Shown piece after piece: positions 46,640-56,314 of a stretch of DNA of 64,000 bases. Numbering within the stretch: the stretch's first letter is position 1; every line of letters starts with the position of its first letter. Source of the stretch: an uncultured Nitrososphaerales archaeon (GTDB lineage: Archaea > Thermoproteota > Nitrososphaeria > Nitrososphaerales > Nitrososphaeraceae); assembly GCA_963695855.1 (NCBI GenBank), contig CAVOHZ010000008.1, positions 320,001 to 384,000 on the forward strand. Reading direction: 5' to 3'. Under the pieces are notes generated by a model, which was not told where the DNA came from, ran no database searches, and saw only the letters and a program-made list of their open reading frames with translations. The position numbers and the translations under genes were made by a program.

Positions 46640-47941
46640 TTGCATTGTGATGATTCCAATATAGAGAAAAAGAAGATTCCCGTACTAAATAAATTTCTTC
46701 ATTCTCTTCTGACTAATCCTTCATCATTAGTTAGAAATAGTATTTTACTGTTTCCTAGTGCACTAGGAATAGAGATTATTTGTATACTATCATCAATTAC
46801 AGGTGAGAGTATTGGCTTTTACTTGTTTGGTTTCAATGTTGTTGGAATTATATGTGCTTATTCTCTTGGATTCATGACTGCAGGATTTACTATTTCTATG
46901 ATAATATTGGGTAGATATAGAGAATATCAAAGTCTTGCCTTAGGATGTCATGATAATCATCAATTTCAACTTGGTTTTAAGTCTAATTTTATAACTACTT
47001 TTAGGCATTTTAAAAAGGGATGGTTTAATCTAACAATAATATTCCATAACCCTAATAAGAACCAATTACTAAAAAAAATATTATATTTAGTTTTAACTGC
47101 GGAAAGTATTTGTGTAATTACTGCTCAAACTATTGATTTCTTATTATATAATTACTCGGTATTTCTTTCATTTCCACTGGCATTAATAACAGGAAGTTTG
47201 GTTATTTCTATTCAACAAGCCGAAGAAATAAAGAAACTAAACAAAATTCATATTTCATGTAAAAATAAATATAAAGCAACTAATAAAAAGACAAGATTCC
47301 ACTTTAAAGTTGTACCTATAGCTTTATCTATCAATGCTCTTCTGATAATATTATTTGTTATTAGTGGCGGATATAATCACTATGACCTCACTACGAACTC
47401 TAATTATCATACTCATTTAATAAATTCTAAAAATGAGACATTTTTTTCTGCACCAGATGTAGCCGTAGTAGAAACGGATGAGCAAGGGGTAGGTATTAAC
47501 CTAGACTATCTATCCATAGTAAAGCCGGATAGTAATCTAATAAATCAGTTACTTAATATTCCATCATCCAGACATATAATAAGTTCCAATATTAATAATA
47601 TCAATCATCCTGAAGGAAATATTAGATTCAATAATAATCAATATATTCATCTTGATTTTTCTGAATGTCATAATCTAGGATGTAGACCTCCAGAAAAAAT
47701 TATAGATGTATACACGACACATAACAATATTTCTGACAAAAAAATCCTTGAGAATAAAGTTTTAAAGGATGAAAAAATAATGTTTGTTAATTCTTCAGAA
47801 TTCTCATTTGAGCCTCACCTATCAGAGTATACTATTGAGAATAATCATCATAAGCTATTCAATAAATTGGTCATTCATACCAAGCAAAAGGAAAAAATTG
47901 AAGCATTTTACATTCATGAGGTTAACTTACCTGATAATTAA
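46640..47941 (+). CDS. membrane protein with His-rich soluble C-terminal domain, upstream of a ZnuA-like gene
   Basis: Two similar EIIC/ESIC-containing TM hairpins, a further TM, many His residues. Confidence 0.7.
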   Translation: MHCDDSNIEKKKIPVLNKFLHSLLTNPSSLVRNSILLFPSALGIEIICILSSITGESIGFYLFGFNVVGIICAYSLGFMTAGFTISMIILGRYREYQSLALGCHDNHQFQLGFKSNFITTFRHFKKGWFNLTIIFHNPNKNQLLKKILYLVLTAESICVITAQTIDFLLYNYSVFLSFPLALITGSLVISIQQAEEIKKLNKIHISCKNKYKATNKKTRFHFKVVPIALSINALLIILFVISGGYNHYDLTTNSNYHTHLINSKNETFFSAPDVAVVETDEQGVGINLDYLSIVKPDSNLINQLLNIPSSRHIISSNINNINHPEGNIRFNNNQYIHLDFSECHNLGCRPPEKIIDVYTTHNNISDKKILENKVLKDEKIMFVNSSEFSFEPHLSEYTIENNHHKLFNKLVIHTKQKEKIEAFYIHEVNLPDN

Positions 47942-48035
47942 TGGTGAGGTATCTTATTCTTTCTCTACTTAAATTATTAAGGTTTTGTTAAATAATCTTA
48001 ATTGTTATTAATAAACACTTAAATATATAATAACT

Positions 48036-49025
48036 TTGATTAAAAGTATGAAAATACTCTTATTTCTAGCTGCTCTTTTTATATCTGTAAATTTATCAGA
48101 AATAAACGCCCAACAAAATGAAAATAATGATCAAATACAAATACAAATTCACAATCCAGAAAAGGTGAAAGTAGTTACATCATTTTATCCCTTTTATGAA
48201 ATTGCTAAAGAAATAGGTGGGAATAATACTATAGTAACATCAGTCATACCTTTTGGTGCTGAACCCCATGATTGGGAAATAACTCCCCAACAGATACCTG
48301 AAATTATGAAAGCTGACATGATTATATACAATGGAATTGGTTTTGATAAATGGTTTGGTCAGAAAGAACAATTTAGAAATTCACTACTTGTTGACGTTAG
48401 CAAAGATTTACAACTAATCAAAATAGGTAATAACCAAGAATCAAAAAATATAGGGCAAGATGAAAAAGAGCATGAGGAACATAAATTTACATATGATCCT
48501 CATATTTGGTTAGATCCTGTTTTGGTAAAAAATATTTCTAAAACCATTAGTAATGTACTTGTTAAATTAGATCCAACCAATACAGATCATTATAGAGAAA
48601 ATACTAAAAATTTCATTGAAAAACTTGATACATTAGACTCTTTAATAAAAAAGTCTCTTGCAAACTGTGAACTAAACGATTTCATAACATTTCATCAAGC
48701 ATTTCATTATTTTGCAAATCGATATGGTTTAACTCAACATACTGTATCTCAAGGAATATCGCCAGAAAGTGAGATACTTCCTCAACAAATCACTAAAATT
48801 ATTCAATTGGCAAAAGATCTCAATATTGATACTATTTATTCAGAAGAATTAGTAGATCCAAGGTTATCTCAAATCCTTGCATCGGAAATTCCAAATGGAA
48901 AGGTCTTATTATTATCGCCTATTGAAGGAATAACTCAAGAAGAACAGCAGAGCAAAAATGCAGGATACATTGGCAAGATGCATATGAATTTGGAAAATCT
49001 AAGGCAAGGCTTGAAATGTAATTAG
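48036..49025 (+). CDS. Zn/Mn ABC substrate-binding protein (ZnuA/AdcA family)
   Basis: VVTSFYP, GAEPHDWE, DPHIWLDP, HQAFHYFA.RYGL. Confidence 0.94.
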   Translation: MIKSMKILLFLAALFISVNLSEINAQQNENNDQIQIQIHNPEKVKVVTSFYPFYEIAKEIGGNNTIVTSVIPFGAEPHDWEITPQQIPEIMKADMIIYNGIGFDKWFGQKEQFRNSLLVDVSKDLQLIKIGNNQESKNIGQDEKEHEEHKFTYDPHIWLDPVLVKNISKTISNVLVKLDPTNTDHYRENTKNFIEKLDTLDSLIKKSLANCELNDFITFHQAFHYFANRYGLTQHTVSQGISPESEILPQQITKIIQLAKDLNIDTIYSEELVDPRLSQILASEIPNGKVLLLSPIEGITQEEQQSKNAGYIGKMHMNLENLRQGLKCN

Positions 49026-49041
49026 TATTATCCATTCAATA

Positions 49042-50178
49042 TTACTTTAAATATTGAATTAATCTGTCTAGTTCTAAAATTGTAGCAAGTATCATCTTTG
49101 TTATTGAAGTTAAATATTTTATATTCAAGGTATCTGGTGTATCAGAAGATTTATCATAATGTGGATTTTTTTTTACTCCTCCATCATGTATCCCTAGAAC
49201 TGTATGATTAAATGCTTCGAAAGATATAAAATCACTATTTTCAAGTTTAGCTAATTCTGCTTCTAAATTTGTATAATTAGAAGCTATTTGCTTTATCAAC
49301 AAGGCTATTGTTTTTGAATATTTGTCATTTTGCAAATATTTATTGCCAATATCATATTCTAAAATAACTTTATTTGTTTCATTAGAAGGTGTATAACCGA
49401 TCATATCAAAGTTAATGTAGAGATCTACAGTCTTGGTTCTATTATTATCATCTAAATACTTTACATAATTCTTTGATCCCCATAGACCTTGTTCTTCTCC
49501 TGAAAATAATACAAATTCAAGATTATATTTTAAATTTAAATGAGATAGAATTCGTGATAGTTCTAGTATTGCCGAAACTCCACTTGCATTATCATCAGCT
49601 CCTGGTGCTCTAGCATGCGTATTGTTGATATTTTTTGCTCTACTATCATAATGTGCTCCAATTATGATAGTATTATTATATAGAGGAGAAGATGCTAAAC
49701 CTTGTTTACTACTACAAATAATATTTTTTAAATTAAAAGTTTGATTTTGATCACTTTGAGTATAATTGTGAAAAAATACTCTTCCTTCGCACAAGTTTTG
49801 AAGTTCATTTTTAAGCCAATATGCGACATTCTCAATATAATCTGATTTACTGTGTCTAGTATGAAAAGATGATAAAATATCTATCCATTCTTTGAGTTTA
49901 GTTGAATTAACCTTATCTAATATTAAATCTGTTTGTATTTTAGTATTCTTTCTATTTTTATCTATAAATGTTATATCATCAAGACATGCGAACAAAGAAA
50001 TTCTGCATAATAAGGTAAAATTATAATTGTTATTATCATTATTGTCTCTTGTTTCAGTTATATTTTCAGAATTTATGATAAGAGTATTTGATAAGATAGA
50101 AACAGATAAAACAATAATTATTGATATCGATAACCATAATCCATCCATTTTTGATATGACAATTATAATCTTATTCAT
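49042..50178 (-). CDS. secreted M28 family peptidase
   Basis: GAHYDS, GADDNASG, FSGEEQGLWGS, NFDMIG. Confidence 0.92.
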   Translation of the reverse strand: MNKIIIVISKMDGLWLSISIIIVLSVSILSNTLIINSENITETRDNNDNNNYNFTLLCRISLFACLDDITFIDKNRKNTKIQTDLILDKVNSTKLKEWIDILSSFHTRHSKSDYIENVAYWLKNELQNLCEGRVFFHNYTQSDQNQTFNLKNIICSSKQGLASSPLYNNTIIIGAHYDSRAKNINNTHARAPGADDNASGVSAILELSRILSHLNLKYNLEFVLFSGEEQGLWGSKNYVKYLDDNNRTKTVDLYINFDMIGYTPSNETNKVILEYDIGNKYLQNDKYSKTIALLIKQIASNYTNLEAELAKLENSDFISFEAFNHTVLGIHDGGVKKNPHYDKSSDTPDTLNIKYLTSITKMILATILELDRLIQYLK

Positions 50179-50359
50179 GATACTCTTATAAACAATTTAT
50201 TGATTTAAAACAGTAAATACTCAGATTTTATGCCGAATACTGACTACAAAGAATTCTTTATTCTGTTTTTGGTGGTACCAAGTAATTTGAAACTGGTGAT
50301 CCATGATGATGAATTATTAACCATTTTTTTTTTGTTATCATATTCAAAAATGTTCGTTG

Positions 50360-51382
50360 CAACTACTACATGCTGTTCTGAATCTGGATATGTCTCCTAT
50401 CTCAGAACTAATGAGCATTGCAGAAAAATAGTCTATTCCTGTCATACTCATTAGTATCTTTACGTTTTCATTTTGAGATGCCTCAGTGGATATCTGTTTT
50501 TCAATCTGTTTGATTTCAGAATTTAGAAATTCAATACTGTGAATGTAGTTTACAAGTTGAATCTGGTCATTACCTTTTAATTCGATATTCTTTAGTCATT
50601 GTATACCTTTTAAACCGAATATATGTCCATAATTACATGTTAGATCATATTTATCAAGTAAGGAATGTACTCTATTCATAACTCTGGTTCTATCAGATAC
50701 TAGGTTTATTCTCAGTCGTAGTAGAGATCTATCTTCTCTTACCTTATCTGGAGCAATATATGATTCTGCAATCAAGTTAGATCGTAGTAGATGTGCTAAT
50801 GTTCGTGCATCGAGTTTATCTGTCTTTATCCTTGCTTCTGCTATTGCCTTGGTCTTCATTGGATTTGCCAACTTAACATCTATTCCATGTTTCTCAAATG
50901 CCTCGTATGTCTTGAGCCACATGTTGGCTGTTGATTCGCAAACAGCCTGACATTTTCTGTTAATATACTTTTTACCCAAATTAGAAGCAAATCTTTTTGC
51001 TTCTTCTAGTGTATTTTCATATTTTGTTTCCTCTATTATGGAACCATCTTTATCTGTAATACATACGACGCAATTTCTCTTTCCAATATCTACTGCAATA
51101 TAGTAATCATCATCATTACTATTTTTTGATTCTATTATTTTTTCTATTTTTATTCTCTTTCTCACCTCCTTTTTTTATTATGACACTATTATCAGTATAC
51201 CAACTAACCAGCAAAGCTGCAAACATCTATCAGAGCTCTTTTGATGGCTCATTTATACAGCAGCTAACATACATCCCCATTCAACAAGCAAGATCTTATC
51301 ACAGAAAGATAGATCACGCACAACAAGGGGTTAGTCAGTTGGATAAGAGAATAGATAACAAGAAAACACTTTTACATGTATT
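50360..51382 (-). mobile_element. IS110/IS1111-type element 2 (3'-truncated; transposase pseudogene 51165 to about 50360)
   Basis: AVDIG, CEST, KTDKLDAR (DEDD); in-frame TGA at 50596 then ...MSMTGIDYFSAMLISSEIGDISRF; left end TG|AATAC-ATGTAAAA. Confidence 0.88.
51200..51342 (-). ncRNA. putative bridge/seek RNA of IS110 element 2
   Basis: Outer stem CCAACUGACUA/UGGUUAGUUGG enclosing two internal-loop hairpins (CCCC/GGGG, AGCUGC/GCAGCU); loop segment 51279-51288 identical to the left junction 51380-51389. Confidence 0.78.
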
Positions 51383-51390
51383 CAACAAGG

Positions 51391-52408
51391 TGCTCTGTTG
51401 CGTAACTCGTCTAGATAATCATCTATTTTTTGTTACTAAGGTAAATTATGTAACACTTATACTTTGAAACCAGTTATACAAAGACGCTTTCAGTATTATC
51501 TCCTTTATCATGTTCTCAAATCTTATAGCAGTAACATATTCTCCAAACATTCTCTTGATACAGGAAAAGACTGTTTCTACTATCCATCTCTGTCCATAGT
51601 CTACACTATCCTTCCATTGTTGTAGATTGGTTTTCTGTGATTGTACGTTCTTGTTTCTCAAATAATGGTTTGTCTTTCTATACTTGGCATTCTTTCTTAC
51701 CTTAATTGCTGGTTGAATTCCTTTAAATGATAGAAATTGAAAATTCTTGTTACTGTCATAGGCACCATCCATAATGGCAGTTTCAACTACTTTGTTCTGT
51801 TTTATAGTTATATCACCCACTAATTTAGGTAATACTTTTCCATCATGTACTTCTTCACTGGTTACCTGCAGTGATAAGATTCTCTTGTTTTTTATGTCAA
51901 CTGCTACATGTATCTTTAGATAACCTCTCTTCACATTCCATTTATGTCTAATCCATTCTCCTCTGTTTGTAACTTTAACACCAGTAGAATCAATTACAAT
52001 TACAAAATTATTATCATGTTGTAAAATGGATTTATCCTGATCATCATCATCTATTTTGATATCTAATCTGTTTATTCTTCTGCAAATCCCGCTATAATCT
52101 GGAATTGATGGTAACGTATTTGCAGCATGAGCTCGTACAATACCCTCAGTTTGTCTGTATGGTAAATGAAAATATGCTCTCACATATCCAAGTAGTTTGA
52201 TGAATGAATCTGGATATACAAATTTTCTACCTTCCTTGTCCTTATTCATCTTCTCTAGTTCAGAATCCCAGTTATCTATAACATCAAAATCAAGTAATAC
52301 CTCACCACGTTTAACAAGAGATTCATTGTACCTCTTCCAGTTCACATGTATTATGACTAGAATAGGTTAGCTAAATGTGTTAGGAATAGCGAGTTATGCA
52401 ACAAAGCA
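51391..52408 (-). mobile_element. IS5-family (IS903-like) element, close copy of 6726-7749
   Basis: IRs TGCTCTGTTGCGTAACTCG / CGAGTTATGCAACAAAGCA; 8-bp TSD CAACAAGG. Confidence 0.95.
51446..52345 (-). CDS. IS5-family DDE transposase
   Basis: Near-identical to 6781-7686. Confidence 0.95.
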   Translation of the reverse strand: MNWKRYNESLVKRGEVLLDFDVIDNWDSELEKMNKDKEGRKFVYPDSFIKLLGYVRAYFHLPYRQTEGIVRAHAANTLPSIPDYSGICRRINRLDIKIDDDDQDKSILQHDNNFVIVIDSTGVKVTNRGEWIRHKWNVKRGYLKIHVAVDIKNKRILSLQVTSEEVHDGKVLPKLVGDITIKQNKVVETAIMDGAYDSNKNFQFLSFKGIQPAIKVRKNAKYRKTNHYLRNKNVQSQKTNLQQWKDSVDYGQRWIVETVFSCIKRMFGEYVTAIRFENMIKEIILKASLYNWFQSISVT

Positions 52409-52438
52409 CAACAAGGCACAACAAGGCACAACACAGCA
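52409..52438 (+). repeat. three tandem 10-bp stubs of the IS5 terminal IR
   Basis: CAACAAGGCA CAACAAGGCA CAACACAGCA; reverse complement of TGCCTTGTTG at 24330. Confidence 0.8.
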
Positions 52439-52688
52439 TAAAATGATATTGATATTTATTTCAAAAAATTTGTAAAAATATACTGAATTTGATTTATTTT
52501 TACATTATACGTTTTACAAGAATGTTGCCTCATAAACTTTTTATCATTTTTCATATGATAAGACAATTTCCACATGACCAGAGATCTGTTCCTTCAATTC
52601 TATAATGTTGAATTAATAATTCGAGGATCTTAAATCCCTCTGGAAAAGTCATACACAGAAATTGAAGGATTTTTAAATTCTATATTAA

Positions 52689-53627
52689 GAGCCTATCCCA
52701 AAATTAACCTCCTATGAACAATTATGCTATTAGCTATTAGCCAATTGTACGAGACAGAGATAGTTCTCATCCTTCTTTTCATATCTTGTAAATAATTTCA
52801 TCATGAATCGATTATGCCAAGAATTTGTTCTCTCTACCACCCATCTTCTTGCAGGATGTCTCTTGTTGAGTTTCTTTTCTTCTCTTCTGTGTCGTATATG
52901 TGGAATATATCCTCTTTTGGTAATTTCTTGTTCTACTTCCTTGGAATGATATGCTTTGCTTTGTCAAGACATAGATTCTGCTTTTTCTTATTCTTCTTCT
53001 TGTTTCTATATTTTGCTATTGATGATGAAGGTGGTGGTCTTTTGATAACAATATTATCAATTGTATTTGTTGCAACAGTAACATCATGAGTATATGCAGA
53101 TGTTATAACAGTTGAAAGGGGAATACCATCTTTATCTGTTAAAATATGTCTTTTACTACCTAATTTACTTCTATCTGTAGTAGGATTATGACCTGTCATC
53201 GCCCCCCTAAAGGCGATTTTATAGAGATGCTATCAAGTGACTGCCAGTTCCATCTGATTCCTCTTTTGTTTTCATATATTTTTAGCAATCTAAACCGTAG
53301 TCTCTCAAAAATACCTGACTGCCTCCATTCTTGAAATCTTCTATGACATGTAGAACCAGAACCATATTCTTTGGGTAACATTTTCCATTGACATCCAGTT
53401 CTCAAGACAAACAGGATACCATCAAATACTTCTCTGTAAGGAATAATGGGACGACCTATTGTATTCTATGGTTTTTCAAAAGGGAAAATATTTGTAATTT
53501 CATTCCAAAGATCATCTGGAATAAGTGTAATTGTTCCAACATACTTTCTACTCCTACACAAACAAACATGATCGGATACGATATAAAACCAAAGAGCTAT
53601 ATTCTTATCTATTTTTGGGATAGGCTC
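52689..53627 (-). mobile_element. IS5-family (IS427-like, split ORF) element, degraded
   Basis: IRs GAGCCTATCCCAAAA, TAA on both flanks; RTGCQW..LP, G-run frameshift site, GSKRH..TD; further breaks in orfB. Confidence 0.9.
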
Positions 53628-54072
53628 TAAAGTAAAGCAGGAAAGGGTGCGTATTTAATTAGATTATTATTTTCCCTGAGACAATATCTTACATCTTTTT
53701 CTAATGAGTCGATTCGATTTCCTACAAACTTCCTACTAAACTTTATAATCTCATTAGGGTCAGAAAAGAATTTCATGAATTTATACACTTCATAAATCCT
53801 TTTATAATAATAAAATTTATCCTAATACAGTTAATATAATAACATTGTTCTAATAAAAAAGGAAATAATTTAGTAAAAGCATTTAGTAAATATGAATTAA
53901 TATTTGATCATGTAACTTTCAAAATGAACTCTGCTTTGGTTGGATCGTTTTTGATTAATTTTCTCCAAATCTAAAAGGTTAGTAGATGAATAACAGGTCT
54001 TGACATTACCTTCATTAACAAATTAAATTAAATTAAATTATAATTTATTTCATTAATCAAACCCATTTACTC

Positions 54073-54399
54073 TTAGTATTTAGTCATGTCTTCAATCAAT
54101 TTTATATCTTTTTCATCTACACCTTCAAGGCATTTAAAATCCTCAACATCCAAACCTAATTCTTTTTTTAGGTTTTGTATTCTATTAGCATACTTGATTT
54201 CATTATCAAATTCACCTTTGTTAAGAGCAATAGAATAACCTACCCAGCATTTGTGTAGAGCGCCCCACGTTTGACTGTCGTAATATGATGAATTTAAAAT
54301 TTTATGATATCTACTACCTTCTCTATAATATCTACCAGGATTAAATCCATATTTATAAAGATATCCAGGATAATATCTTCTATATTTATGTGAACGCAT
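54073..54399 (-). CDS. hypothetical protein (108 aa)
   Basis: ATG ORF, Tyr-rich N-terminus, helical WGALHKCW...RIQNLKKELGL. Confidence 0.7.
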   Translation of the reverse strand: MRSHKYRRYYPGYLYKYGFNPGRYYREGSRYHKILNSSYYDSQTWGALHKCWVGYSIALNKGEFDNEIKYANRIQNLKKELGLDVEDFKCLEGVDEKDIKLIEDMTKY

Positions 54400-54562
54400 A
54401 CTAATAATTATTTTATCTTCTAAACTATTTATAATTTAAAATCAAGGGGTTTGGATGGAAAAATATTCAATTCTAAATCTATTATATTTCTTGCAATATT
54501 TTTAACATTTTAGAAATTTGAAGACAGAAGTGGTAATATACTTCCTCATGAGTTTTCAAGAT

Positions 54563-54799
54563 TTATAATTGTTTCTCCCATCTTCCACCATTATCTTCCC
54601 ATGTTTCATTTATTTTATCATGTTTTTCTATTTCATAACTATCTTCCGCATAAGTTATGTTATACTCATATTCATCTTGAAGATTTGTATTTTCAGGAGT
54701 GCAATTACCATCATCCCATTCTCCATGGTAATAAGGATAGATCTCTTCCTTGTCATTATCATTGATGATACTTGATGTTTTTCCATTAAACTATAACAT
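54563..54799 (-). pseudogene. acidic small ORF with stop at codon 3
   Basis: ML*FNGKTSSIINDNDKEEIYPYYHGEWDDGNC...WEDNGGRWEKQL*. Confidence 0.35.
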
Positions 54800-54917
54800 A
54801 TTATATTATTCTACAATTTTTTATAACAAACATATTTTATTAATATTATTAGATTTAAACAATCAGAAAATCAGGCTCTGACGATATGAAAATCTTTTAG
54901 TCTGTTTCATTACTGTA

Positions 54918-55042
54918 TGTTGGCTAGGTTCAAAATTAACATACTCCGTATGAGAGTGAGGCTCTGACTGAACCGTATCTGTGAAGTGGCTATCATAGTA
55001 CCCTTCGAGGGTGGATGGATGTTTGCCACCTGTTAGCCAACA
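54918..55042 (+). ncRNA. putative bridge/seek RNA of IS110 element 1
   Basis: Outer stem UGUUGGCUA/UAGCCAACA; target loop closed by GGUUCA/UGAACC with AAAUUAACA and AGGCUCUG; donor loop closed by GUGGC/GCCAC with AUGGAUG. Confidence 0.85.
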
Positions 55043-55070
55043 AATAAAAAAAGAAGGTGAATAAAAATAA

Positions 55071-56151
55071 TTGAATCATCTTGGAATAGATGTTGGAAAG
55101 AAAAAATGCAGCGCAGCACTAAAAGATGATAGAGGCAAGACACTGGATGAATTCTTCTTTGGTAACAATTCTGATGGAATATTAGAACTGATTGAAAGGA
55201 TACACAATCATGGAACAAAAAAATGTAATGCAGTACTGGAATCTACAGGAAACATGTGGATGAGAATACATGATATATTGGAAGATAATGGAATAGATAC
55301 AGTACTAGCAAATCCATACAGAACAAAGATAATAGCACAAGCAAAGATAAAATCAGATAAACTTGATGCACGTATATTATCTGATCTGCTGAGAACTGGA
55401 TTGGTATACGAGTCATATGTACCTGTAAAGAAAGGAATTCAGAGAAAAAAGAAGTCTGGTCAGACATAGAATAGTCTTGTCTAGAACCAAGACAAAACTT
55501 GCAAACAAGGTACATGCTATTTTAGACAAATATGAGTACAGAACAGAGCTGACAGACATATTCGGTAGATCGGGAATTGAGTGGCTAAAATCACTCTCAG
55601 TTTCACCAATAGACAGGATAATACTGAATACAACACTAACATCCATAGAATCGATAGATAACCAGATAGAAATAGTATCAAAAGAGATAGCAAAATACGC
55701 ATGGAAGGATAGTCAAGATGTAAAGATACTTCTCAGCATGACAGGAATAGACGTATTTTCTGCAATGCTGATATCAACGGAAATAGTGGATATCACCAGA
55801 TTCTCTACACCATGGAAACTTGTTAGTTATGCAGGATTATCTCCATCAACAAGAGAATCATCTGGAAAAACAAAAACAGGTAGAATAACCAAACAAGGAT
55901 CACCATTATTAAGATGGATACTAGTACAGTGTTCATTATCTGCAGTAAGACATGACCGTCACATGAGAACCTTCTATGAAAGAATCAAACAGAGAAAGGG
56001 ACATGGGAAAGCAATAGTTGCAACAGCAAAGGAGGTGCTTATTATAATATGGTACATGCTAACAAGACACCAATTGTATAGATACATGAATAGAACAAGG
56101 TATGAACAGAAACTGGAAAGTCTGAAGAAGAGTGGATCGCAAGAAAGGTAA
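55071..56151 (+). pseudogene. IS110 DEDD recombinase with one frameshift near 55430
   Basis: GIDVG, LEST, KSDKLDAR; C-terminal YAGLSP...SSG, ITKQGS..LRW; AAGGTGA RBS upstream. Confidence 0.92.
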
Positions 56152-56314
56152 CAATTAAACAAAAAAGACAACGACCTCAGAGAACAAGGATGTCATATAT
56201 AGCGGAGGCTATTGCTAATAATGCTTAATAGATAGAAAAACATAACAAAATGAGGCTAAACAGGATAGAAAAGATAACCAGCATACAGGTAGATTTTCAT
56301 GGATGTTAATTTAA

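Larger units (their letters stand above)
54879..56305 (+). mobile_element. IS110/IS1111-type element 1, both ends present
   Basis: Sub-terminal IRs ATGAAAATCT (54886-95) / AGATTTTCAT (56291-300); TG core at 54879-80 and 56304-05; no TSD. Confidence 0.92.

Noticed and set aside
50200-50360. Right end of IS110 element 2
   Set aside because: No matching sub-terminal IR found; the transposase is truncated, so the end appears deleted
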